From positions 1 through 8,050 of the IMG/VR virus record IMGVR_UViG_2695420855_000011: a stretch of 8,050 nt of DNA, one strand, 5' to 3'. This stretch comes from a virus. Lineage: Duplodnaviria; Heunggongvirae; Uroviricota; Caudoviricetes. This document shows positions 1 through 5,376 of the stretch, piece by piece. The notes beneath the pieces are model-generated. The model did not search any database, was not told the origin of the DNA, and saw only the letters and a program-made list of their open reading frames with translations. The translations under genes and the position numbers were made by a program. Position 1 is the first letter of the stretch. Each line of letters opens with the position of its first letter.

Positions 1-239
1 TCAGTTTTTAGCCAGAGCGGTGACGGCATTGTCGAGTTTTTGCCATCCGCAATAGGTGATTGCTCTGAATGCTGTTGCGCCATTCTGGAAAAGGCTAACC
101 GCTCCTGATTCGGTTTTTATTACCGCCTCATCAGTTGGAGTTATAACCGTGGCTTCAACGTTAATAATCAGCTTTTGAGCGTCTATCAGCATCATGCGAT
201 CCGCCTGTTCGCTCACAATTACCGGTATTCTCAAAAGCT
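1..239 (-). pseudogene. 3'-terminal fragment (about 79 codons) of an HK97-fold major-capsid-like gene; exact copy of 4450..4688
   Basis: Bases 1-239 are identical to 4450-4688 and diverge at 240 (a) versus 4689 (c). The minus-strand frame gives the same C-terminal 77 aa as the 308-aa ORF at 4450..5376. No 5' part or start codon; an in-frame TAG (plus 238-240) sits immediately upstream at the point of divergence. Confidence 0.6.
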
Positions 240-349
240 AAGAAAAAAGCCACCCGCATAATTTCAGATATTGACGAAAGCGCATCAGCCGCATCATCAG
301 GAACGCCGGAAAATTCTTGTTTCAGGGAATTAAAACGATCATCACGCAT
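161..349 (-). CDS. Small hypothetical protein; only the first about 36 codons (240..349) are unique sequence, the 3' end reads out of frame through the repeat copy
   Basis: ATG at 349 is preceded by a G-rich SD (minus strand GGGGAGGGGGGG then tt then ATG). The ORF crosses the 239/240 repeat boundary, so its C-terminus is probably non-native. It overlaps the end of the upstream ORF. Confidence 0.3.
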   Translation of the reverse strand: MRDDRFNSLKQEFSGVPDDAADALSSISEIMRVAFFLAFENTGNCERTGGSHDADRRSKADY

Positions 350-567
350 AACCCCCCCTCCCCATTTTCACAATCAGCAACAAGAATATTTTTAGCGTCA
401 TTCAGCGACCGCGTGGCGGTGTATCGGATACATTCCAGGGCGAACAATGTGTATTCTTCCCGTTCTTCCTTTTGTGCAAGCCCTGCTGTGCATTCAATAT
501 CAATAAGCGCATGCATCAGCGTAGTGAGCGCGGCGGCTGCTGCGTCCGGTGTGGTTTTATTGCACAT
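322..567 (-). CDS. Hypothetical 81-aa protein, translationally coupled to the Icd-like gene
   Basis: ATG at 567 is preceded by CAGGAGG with a 6-nt spacer. The start overlaps the stop of the Icd-like ORF (minus strand ...CCATGTGCAATAA). No family recognised. Confidence 0.5.
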   Translation of the reverse strand: MCNKTTPDAAAAALTTLMHALIDIECTAGLAQKEEREEYTLFALECIRYTATRSLNDAKNILVADCENGEGGLCVMIVLIP

Positions 568-1117
568 GGCACACCTCCTGACGAATACGGGCGGCGAATA
601 CAGCAACACAACCGGACGGGCAACGGCTACGTGCTTCGCGTTCCGTCCAGGCGGTTACGTGGATGATTTGATGTTCTGACGCGCCAAAGATGATAAAGCG
701 CCAGAGAAAGGCGGTTTGAGAATGTACAAGGGTAGGGATAGTAGCCATGTTGGCAGCCTCCTCAGTGTGGTTAAGATAACCGCCACCGGAAACGCCAATT
801 TCGCTGGTGGCGGACTGTACAGGGTTGGCGTAACCGGACACTGAAGAAACCGGCGCGGATTGCTCCGCCCCCGTACAGCCCACCATTGATAAGGTGTGAC
901 TATGCGGCACAAAAAAACACGCGGGGCGCGTGTTATGCGCTTCAGTTTTGCCCAGGACGCCAATCCCGGCACCCGTTTTATGAGGTGCGCGGGAATCATA
1001 GCTATTTTCGACACTGGCGATCAACTGGTTTTTTTCTCCGATATTCAGGGCCAGAAAACGCCACACAAAGGCCGTTTGTGTGTGTACAAGGTGTGGTATA
1101 TGATTTACGGCAACCAT
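557..1117 (-). CDS. Tandem (two-domain) Icd-like small protein, 186 aa as one frame; the second domain (557..748) has its own ATG and strong SD
   Basis: ATG at 1117 is preceded by AGGAG with a 5-nt spacer. Two paralogous segments share the pattern hydrophobic-H-x-Q-T-A-F-x-W-R-F (MVAVNHIPHLVHTQTAFVWRF... and MATIPTLVHSQTAFLWRF...). This resembles proteins annotated as host cell division inhibitor Icd-like in enterobacterial prophages, recalled from memory and not verified. There is no stop between the two copies. Confidence 0.45.
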   Translation of the reverse strand: MVAVNHIPHLVHTQTAFVWRFLALNIGEKNQLIASVENSYDSRAPHKTGAGIGVLGKTEAHNTRPACFFVPHSHTLSMVGCTGAEQSAPVSSVSGYANPVQSATSEIGVSGGGYLNHTEEAANMATIPTLVHSQTAFLWRFIIFGASEHQIIHVTAWTEREARSRCPSGCVAVFAARIRQEVCHVQ

Positions 1118-1146
1118 AACGGCTCCTAGTTTACGTTGTTGGTTAG

Positions 1147-1180
1147 ACGCCCCGTATGTGTTCCCAGCACTGCGGGGCGT
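1147..1180. promoter_or_regulatory. Hairpin (8-bp GC-rich stem ACGCCCCG / CGGGGCGT, 18-nt loop) in the leader region of the Icd-like operon
   Basis: Inverted repeat at 1147-1154 and 1173-1180, followed on the plus strand by a T-rich tract 1181-1190. It lies about 30 nt upstream of the Icd-like start on the minus strand. Confidence 0.3.
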
Positions 1181-1205
1181 TGATTTTTGTGTAATGGCAA
1201 GTACA

Positions 1206-1247
1206 ATGGTAATTACCATGTAGGTATAGTAATGAAGGGTAATTACC
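1206..1247. promoter_or_regulatory. Two palindromic operator-like sites sharing the core GGTAATTACC, between the divergent arc-like and icd-like genes
   Basis: A perfect 14-bp palindrome ATGGTAATTACCAT at 1206-1219 and a 10-bp palindrome GGTAATTACC at 1238-1247, the latter directly abutting the ATG of the Arc-like gene. A TATAGT -10-like hexamer lies between them at 1225-1230. Confidence 0.45.
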
Positions 1248-1421
1248 ATGTCAACACCATTAGAAAAACGTTCGCCTCCATACCAAATGCGATTACCGGA
1301 AGACTTCAGAGCGCAGCTAGAAGAAGCAGCTAAGGCCGATGGCGACACATCTTTAGCCACTTGGATTAAACGCGTTCTCCGCAAAGAATTACAGCAACGC
1401 GGCATAGAACCCAAAGGATAA
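1248..1421 (+). CDS. Arc/MetJ-type ribbon-helix-helix DNA-binding protein, 57 aa
   Basis: Own translation: MSTPLEKRSPPYQMRLPEDFRAQLEEAAKADGDTSLATWIKRVLRKELQQRGIEPKG. It shows the RHH pattern (beta-strand YQMRLP, helix A, G-D-T-S turn, helix B). It is below the length cutoff of the supplied ORF track and sits right after the palindromic operators. Confidence 0.75.
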   Translation: MSTPLEKRSPPYQMRLPEDFRAQLEEAAKADGDTSLATWIKRVLRKELQQRGIEPKG

Positions 1422-1478
1422 AAACTATCAGCGCCGTGGTGTGAGGTATTACGGCGCATTGCTATGCAGGACAACACA

Positions 1479-1652
1479 ATGACCGATAAAGAATTGACCA
1501 AAACATTATCACCGGCACGGAAAAGACGGCGCAGAAAGATAGAGCATGAATCAGAAAGATTCGCGCCATGTGCTTTTGCCCTTGAGCAATTCCTTAAAGA
1601 GTACAGGGAAAAGCGCTCATTGCAGGTATGGCAACGAACTGAACCAGACTGA
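1479..1652 (+). CDS. Small basic hypothetical protein, 57 aa, downstream of the Arc-like gene
   Basis: ATG at 1479 with AGGA 7 nt upstream. Sequence MTDKELTKTLSPARKRRRRKIEHESERF... It is followed by an intrinsic terminator. No family recognised; the alternative start at 1464 has a poorly spaced SD. Confidence 0.35.
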   Translation: MTDKELTKTLSPARKRRRRKIEHESERFAPCAFALEQFLKEYREKRSLQVWQRTEPD

Positions 1653-1747
1653 TTGCATTGCCCACCAGCCTGATAGCGGCTATCATCCCCGTGCTTATGT
1701 TTGGGATCACATACACATAAGGCGCAGCGGGTTAATTGTTCAGAAAG

Positions 1748-1774
1748 GCGGCTCCATATCGGGGCCGCTTTTTT
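1748..1774 (+). terminator. Rho-independent terminator for the arc-like operon, possibly bidirectional with alpA
   Basis: Stem GCGGCTCC / GGGGCCGC (8 bp with one G-U pair), 5-nt loop, then TTTTTT at 1769-1774. It sits between the convergent ORF ends at 1652 (+) and 1801 (-). Confidence 0.55.
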
Positions 1775-1800
1775 CGTGTTTGTCATATCTGTGATACCCG

Positions 1801-2007
1801 TTAAGCAGCCGTTCCGCGTGCTTCCTCTTCGCGTTCTTTCTGCCAGGACAACACATCATCCTCATACCATCCGCGACGGCGTAAACCAACGCGAAAACCC
1901 TGCGGAAATTCTCCGGCGTTGATCATGCTTTGCAGCGTGCTGTCTGCCTTGATGTGGATAATTTTTTTTACTTCCTGGCGAAAGATAATTTTTCTGATTG
2001 CTTCCAT
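1801..2007 (-). CDS. alpA: AlpA-family phage transcriptional regulator / excisionase-like protein, 68 aa
   Basis: Sequence ...IIFRQEVKKIIHIKADSTLQSMINAGEFPQGFRVGLRRRGWYEDDVLSWQ... fits the AlpA/Vis signature (S-T-L/I ... AGEFP ... G ... GW ... W). Located downstream of the integrase, as in CP4-57-like islands. Confidence 0.8.
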   Translation of the reverse strand: MEAIRKIIFRQEVKKIIHIKADSTLQSMINAGEFPQGFRVGLRRRGWYEDDVLSWQKEREEEARGTAA

Positions 2008-2025
2008 CGTGATTTACCTTGTGAA

Positions 2026-2042
2026 TCCGGTGTATTCCGGTG
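2026..2042. promoter_or_regulatory. Two TCCGGTG repeats phased 10 bp apart in the alpA upstream region
   Basis: TCCGGTG at 2026-2032 and 2036-2042, about 20-35 bp upstream of the alpA start on the minus strand. The same heptamer recurs upstream of int. Confidence 0.35.
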
Positions 2043-2084
2043 ACAAATACGGTAAATCATCGGATATGGGTAAAAACAGTTCCC

Positions 2085-2114
2085 ACCGTTTTTAAACGGT
2101 ATACACCGTTTTTT
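2085..2114. promoter_or_regulatory. Palindrome ACCGTTT-TT-AAACGGT plus an adjacent ACCGTTTTTT copy
   Basis: Inverted repeat arms 2085-2091 and 2094-2100, with another ACCGTTTTTT at 2105-2114, between the minus-strand terminator and the alpA start. Confidence 0.3.
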
Positions 2115-2140
2115 ATATTGATGATTTGAAATGGAATTAT

Positions 2141-2165
2141 AAAAAAAGCGGCATTTCTGCCGCTT
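2141..2165 (-). terminator. Rho-independent terminator after the int / small-ORF transcription unit
   Basis: Stem AGCGGCA / TGCCGCT (7 bp) with a 4-nt loop, preceded on the plus strand by AAAAAAA (a U-tract on the minus strand). It lies 10 bp past the stop of the 83-aa ORF. Confidence 0.6.
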
Positions 2166-2174
2166 CCAGGATTG

Positions 2175-2426
2175 TTACCGCCATTTTTTGGGCCTGCCTC
2201 CGATCTTCATAGATGCCGGACGTACGACCTTATCAATACTTACCGCCAGATTTCTGGAAGCGCCACGGGATACCAGAAAATCTACTACCTGTTTTTTTGA
2301 TGGGGCCGTCGTTCTGTCCTCCGGATCGTAGGTTGACCAAAATTCATGCTGAACCATCAGGGCCAGTTGCAGCCCGTCGCAATTGCATCTGATATTTTTT
2401 TGCATCTTAACGGTTTCATGTTTCAC
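2175..2426 (-). CDS. Hypothetical 83-aa protein between int and alpA; weak start signals
   Basis: ORF on the same strand as int with a GTG at 2426 and the first ATG at 2405, neither with a good SD. Supported mainly by position and the downstream terminator. Confidence 0.3.
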   Translation of the reverse strand: MKHETVKMQKNIRCNCDGLQLALMVQHEFWSTYDPEDRTTAPSKKQVVDFLVSRGASRNLAVSIDKVVRPASMKIGGRPKKWR

Positions 2427-2503
2427 GGCCTTGTCGTTAAATTTGATGCAATTATACGACGGTTTTACATGGTTTTCGTAGTTTTTACTGGTTTTCTGTA
2501 CAG

Positions 2504-3745
2504 CTACACGGCTCGGATACCCCTTTTACCACTGGCGAGGGTTACGCCCGTCGCCGCAGCCTCGACAAATTCGCCCCACCAGCGCATCAGCACGATGCGT
2601 TTTTCTATGTAGTTGCTCCGGTTGTATGCCCGTCTAACTTCGTTGGTGTCGACGTGGGCAAGTGCCGCCTCTATTACGTCCGGCTCGAATCCTTCCTCGT
2701 TCGCTGCTGTGCTGAATATGGCGCGTAATCCATGAGACACCAGCACGCCAGCGAATCCCATACGCCGCAATGCTGCGTTAGCTGTCTGGCTGTTCATCGG
2801 CTGCTGTGGGTCTTTCAGACTTGGGAAAACGTAATTGCGGTGGTGGCTGATTGGTTTCATGGCCTCCAGCACCGCCATAGCCTGACCGGAAAGCGGGATA
2901 ACGTGATCCCTGCGCATCTTCATGCGTCCGGCAGGTATCGTCCATTGCTTCGCGTCCAGGTTGATTTCATCCCACCGCGTTGATGACGCTTCGGCGGGAC
3001 GGGTTACGGTCAGTAACTGCCATTCAATCAGTAATCTGGTCTGCCGTTCTGTTGCCGATACTGATAAAGCCTGCATAAGCTCGGGCAGCTGTTCGGGGCG
3101 GATTGTTGGCATATGTTTTTTTACAGGTGAGGGAAACGCCTTACGCACATTCATAGCCGGATTGGCATCAATCAGCCCACTGTTGGCGGCGTAATCCATT
3201 ACCTCATTAACGCGCTGTAAAACCCGCTTGAGTGTTTCCAGGTTGCCGCGCTCCTTGATGGGGGTAAGCACTTCAACGAACCTTCGGGCGGTGAGGGTAT
3301 CTATTGGCGTGTTGCCGATGAACGGGAATACATATTTATCCAGCGAACGCCAGATGTCTTTAATCGTGTTGGGGGCCAGATTCTGGCTGATTTTCACCTG
3401 GTACCATGCCGCCGCCACATTTTCGAACGTGTTCCCTTGTCTTCGGGCCTCTGTCTCTCTTTTTTGCCTCTCGTGGTCCTGCGGGTCAGTTCCGGCACTG
3501 ATTAACGTCCTGTACTCGCTACGGCGTTTTCTGGCATCAGCCAGGGAAACATCTTCAAGCGATCCAAAACTCAGCAATATTCTTTTTTTGTCCGATGGTC
3601 GGTAGTAGGAAAATCTCCAGAGTTTTGATCCAGACGGTTTGACCAGGAGAAAAAGCCCTCCGCCGTCCTGCAGGGTGTACTCCTTTTGCGCTGGTCTGGC
3701 TGCTTTGATCTGCACTGTGGTTAATGGGTGTGTTTTTCTCGCCAT
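2504..3745 (-). CDS. int: P4-like tyrosine integrase (site-specific recombinase), 413 aa
   Basis: N-terminus MARKTHPLTTVQIKAARPAQKEYTLQDGGGLFLLVKPSGSKLWRFSYY... is typical of P4 / CP4-57 IntA-type arm-binding domains. The C-terminal part has H-x-x-R (SHGLRAIF) and the tyrosine motif (RRAYNRSNY). The ORF track starts at an upstream GTG (3763); the ATG at 3745 matching the family N-terminus is preferred. Confidence 0.9.
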   Translation of the reverse strand: MARKTHPLTTVQIKAARPAQKEYTLQDGGGLFLLVKPSGSKLWRFSYYRPSDKKRILLSFGSLEDVSLADARKRRSEYRTLISAGTDPQDHERQKRETEARRQGNTFENVAAAWYQVKISQNLAPNTIKDIWRSLDKYVFPFIGNTPIDTLTARRFVEVLTPIKERGNLETLKRVLQRVNEVMDYAANSGLIDANPAMNVRKAFPSPVKKHMPTIRPEQLPELMQALSVSATERQTRLLIEWQLLTVTRPAEASSTRWDEINLDAKQWTIPAGRMKMRRDHVIPLSGQAMAVLEAMKPISHHRNYVFPSLKDPQQPMNSQTANAALRRMGFAGVLVSHGLRAIFSTAANEEGFEPDVIEAALAHVDTNEVRRAYNRSNYIEKRIVLMRWWGEFVEAAATGVTLASGKRGIRAV

Positions 3746-3778
3746 ATGTCTATGATTCCACACGAAAAAACAGGGTTT

Positions 3779-3830
3779 TAGTTATACGGCTTTAGTTATA
3801 CGCCAGCCCGTATAACTAAACGTATAACTA
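3779..3830. repeat. Four copies of a 10-bp motif (TAGTTATACG twice direct, CGTATAACTA twice inverted) in the int leader
   Basis: Copies at 3779-3788, 3793-3802, 3809-3818 and 3821-3830, symmetric about position 3805. Located between the candidate int promoter and the int ATG. Confidence 0.45.
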
Positions 3831-3835
3831 AAAAA

Positions 3836-3876
3836 TCCGGCTGATAGCTTATAAATCCGGTGATGTTCGGTGACTA
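3836..3876 (-). promoter_or_regulatory. Candidate int promoter overlapped by phased (T)CCGGTG repeats
   Basis: On the minus strand, a -35-like TAGTCA (plus 3871-3876), a 17-bp spacer and a -10-like TATAAG (plus 3848-3853). TCCGGCT / TCCGGTG / TTCGGTG sit at 3836, 3856 and 3866, spaced 20 and 10 bp. Confidence 0.35.
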
Positions 3877-3884
3877 AAAAACAT

Positions 3885-3917
3885 AAAAAAACCCGCCAAT
3901 CAAGTGATTAGCGGGTT
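3885..3917 (-). terminator. Rho-independent terminator insulating int from upstream minus-strand transcription
   Basis: Stem AACCCGC / GCGGGTT (7 bp) with a 14-nt loop, flanked on the plus strand by AAAAAAA at 3885-3891 (a U-tract on the minus strand). Confidence 0.5.
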
Positions 3918-3929
3918 ATCCCTGTCTTA

Positions 3930-3956
3930 TCCGGTGCTTTCCGGTGATATCCGGTG
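3930..3956. repeat. Three TCCGGTG heptamers at exact 10-bp phasing
   Basis: TCCGGTG at 3930-3936, 3940-3946 and 3950-3956. Confidence 0.5.
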
Positions 3957-4039
3957 GGCGATTTGGTCGGCACGAGAGTATTTTAATTTGGCGTGTAACT
4001 GAGTGATTTTAATAAATATTCTTGATTCAACTTTTAAGC

Positions 4040-4061
4040 CGTATAACCAAACGTATAACTA
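4040..4061. repeat. Two further copies of the CGTATAAC(C/T)A motif
   Basis: CGTATAACCA at 4040-4049 and CGTATAACTA at 4052-4061, in the same orientation as the inverted copies at 3809-3830. Confidence 0.4.
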
Positions 4062-4207
4062 AAAATATTTGCTGTAAAAATGAACAATTCAAACGGTTGT
4101 TGCCCTGGGGGCTTCAATAATTCCACCGGAATTTTTTTCCGGTTAACCTTTAATCATGTTGGTGGGTCATTAAATGCCCCCTTACTCTGGTTTAAATGCC
4201 GTTTTTT

Positions 4208-4252
4208 GTCACGCCGTGTCACTGGTTGTCACTCTCCGTCACGGTATGTCAC
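4208..4252. repeat. Five GTCAC sites at exact 10-bp phasing; candidate integrase arm-type binding array
   Basis: GTCAC at 4208, 4218, 4228, 4238 and 4248 (ttGTCACgcc, gtGTCACtgg, ttGTCACtct, ccGTCACggt, atGTCACtac). The core resembles the GTCACT core of lambda Int arm-type sites. Confidence 0.5.
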
Positions 4253-4407
4253 TACTCGTTAACACCGTAACCGCTCCGGCTTCTTCCAGTGGTATGTAAT
4301 TTTTTCTTTCTCCCTATACAGTTCAACGCGGCGGATTAATCCCAGTATTTCGGCTTCTGTCATTTATCCACCTGGTCAGCTATTAAACTGCGAAAATTTC
4401 GTAATTG

Positions 4408-4435
4408 TCCCGATATGGGGATCACCATATCGGGA
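4408..4435. other. Perfect 11-bp inverted repeat (TCCCGATATGG ... CCATATCGGGA) with a 6-bp spacer, just 3' of the capsid-like gene
   Basis: Arms at 4408-4418 and 4425-4435. There is no adjacent U-tract on the minus strand, so it is not a canonical intrinsic terminator. Confidence 0.35.
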
Positions 4436-4449
4436 TTGATGCCGTTAAA

Positions 4450-5376
4450 TCAGTTTTTAGCCAGAGCGGTGACGGCATTGTCGAGTTTTTGCCATCCGCA
4501 ATAGGTGATTGCTCTGAATGCTGTTGCGCCATTCTGGAAAAGGCTAACCGCTCCTGATTCGGTTTTTATTACCGCCTCATCAGTTGGAGTTATAACCGTG
4601 GCTTCAACGTTAATAATCAGCTTTTGAGCGTCTATCAGCATCATGCGATCCGCCTGTTCGCTCACAATTACCGGTATTCTCAAAAGCTCTATCTGCCAGA
4701 ACTCAGCATTAGTAAGCTGTAAGGCGTTTTCTACGGGCAAGATTAGCGACGACGTGGCAAGCGTGTTACCGTTCGCTATGTGCTTTTTGAAAAGCTCTAT
4801 GAAGTTTTCGGCCTCATCAGCACCATTAAGCACGCCCTCAGGGGATACGCCCGCCAACTCCTGGTCACTGGAAAGAAATTTTTTATCTATTTCTTTCACC
4901 GATTCCGATGTGATCAAGTCTCTGATCGCTGAATTGGTACCAGGGGTGCTAAATTTGATTAGCTCGTTATTCAGCATCACAATAGCGCCGAGTTTGTACA
5001 GTTTTAGCGAGCTTTCGCTTACTTCTCCCCCTTTTACTGGGATTTCTTCGGCCTCTTTAAGCCATTTACTCCCCTTGCCTGATATTGATTGCAATTTTGC
5101 GCCAAAGGGAAGATTAAGCGCACTACTGATTAACTTGCCAGGTACAGACTGCGAAAAAATATACCCGCCCAGCTCTCTTGCTATCGGCTCAGCCACCAGC
5201 GACGGAAGGTTATCCGTGTTCATTCCTGCTACTACGGATTTTTCAAGGAATAACGAGACAGCCGGATCATTTCTTTTCGTCATCTCTATAGCGTCAGCAT
5301 GGCTAAATTTACACGATGCCAGCACGCTGGCGGCGCGAACTGCTGACACGCCTTTCATGTTTTTACAGATCATCAT
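4450..5376 (-). CDS. HK97-fold major capsid protein-like, 308 aa
   Basis: C-terminal half (...GVLNGADEAENF...LILPVENALQL...LRIPVIVSEQADRMMLIDAQKLIINVEATVIT...SLFQNGATAFRAITYCGW) follows the conserved pattern of HK97-type capsid proteins, by recall not by search. Strong SD (AGGAGGAGGAAG) before ATGATG; translationally coupled to the upstream small ORF. Confidence 0.55.
   Translation of the reverse strand: MMICKNMKGVSAVRAASVLASCKFSHADAIEMTKRNDPAVSLFLEKSVVAGMNTDNLPSLVAEPIARELGGYIFSQSVPGKLISSALNLPFGAKLQSISGKGSKWLKEAEEIPVKGGEVSESSLKLYKLGAIVMLNNELIKFSTPGTNSAIRDLITSESVKEIDKKFLSSDQELAGVSPEGVLNGADEAENFIELFKKHIANGNTLATSSLILPVENALQLTNAEFWQIELLRIPVIVSEQADRMMLIDAQKLIINVEATVITPTDEAVIKTESGAVSLFQNGATAFRAITYCGWQKLDNAVTALAKN

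Noticed and set aside
317-679. Plus-strand ORFs 317..679 and 472..666
   Set aside because: Antisense to two minus-strand genes that have strong SDs and coupled starts.
886-1129. Two overlapping 77-aa plus-strand ORFs (886..1119 and 896..1129)
   Set aside because: Antisense to the Icd-like gene, no SD, implausible composition.
557-1786. 409-aa minus-strand ORF spanning the whole arc-icd region
   Set aside because: Only the 3' 561 nt (the Icd-like part, with its own AGGAG SD at 1117) looks protein-like. The 5' two-thirds is antisense to the well-supported Arc-like gene and has a Cys/Arg/Ser-rich, low-complexity translation. The long open frame is still statistically unusual and could be re-examined with expression data.
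2346-2612. 88-aa plus-strand ORF overlapping the integrase 3' end
   Set aside because: Overlaps the int stop region and the 83-aa ORF; hydrophobic, low-complexity translation and no SD.
2732-3605. Plus-strand ORFs inside the integrase gene (2732..2983, 2922..3194, 3228..3605) and the matching 7560..7910 in the repeat
   Set aside because: All are antisense to the high-confidence integrase; 7560..7910 is just the duplicated copy of 3228..3605.
4080-4262. 60-aa plus-strand ORF in the att-like region
   Set aside because: No SD; the translation reads straight through the phased repeat arrays. The region is better explained as protein-binding DNA.
3746-4449. Search for a tRNA or tmRNA 3' end as integration target
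   Set aside because: No T-arm-like GGTTCGAATCC-type sequence or CCA-ending acceptor stem was found by eye in this region or elsewhere in the window. A tRNA-scan would be needed to be certain.
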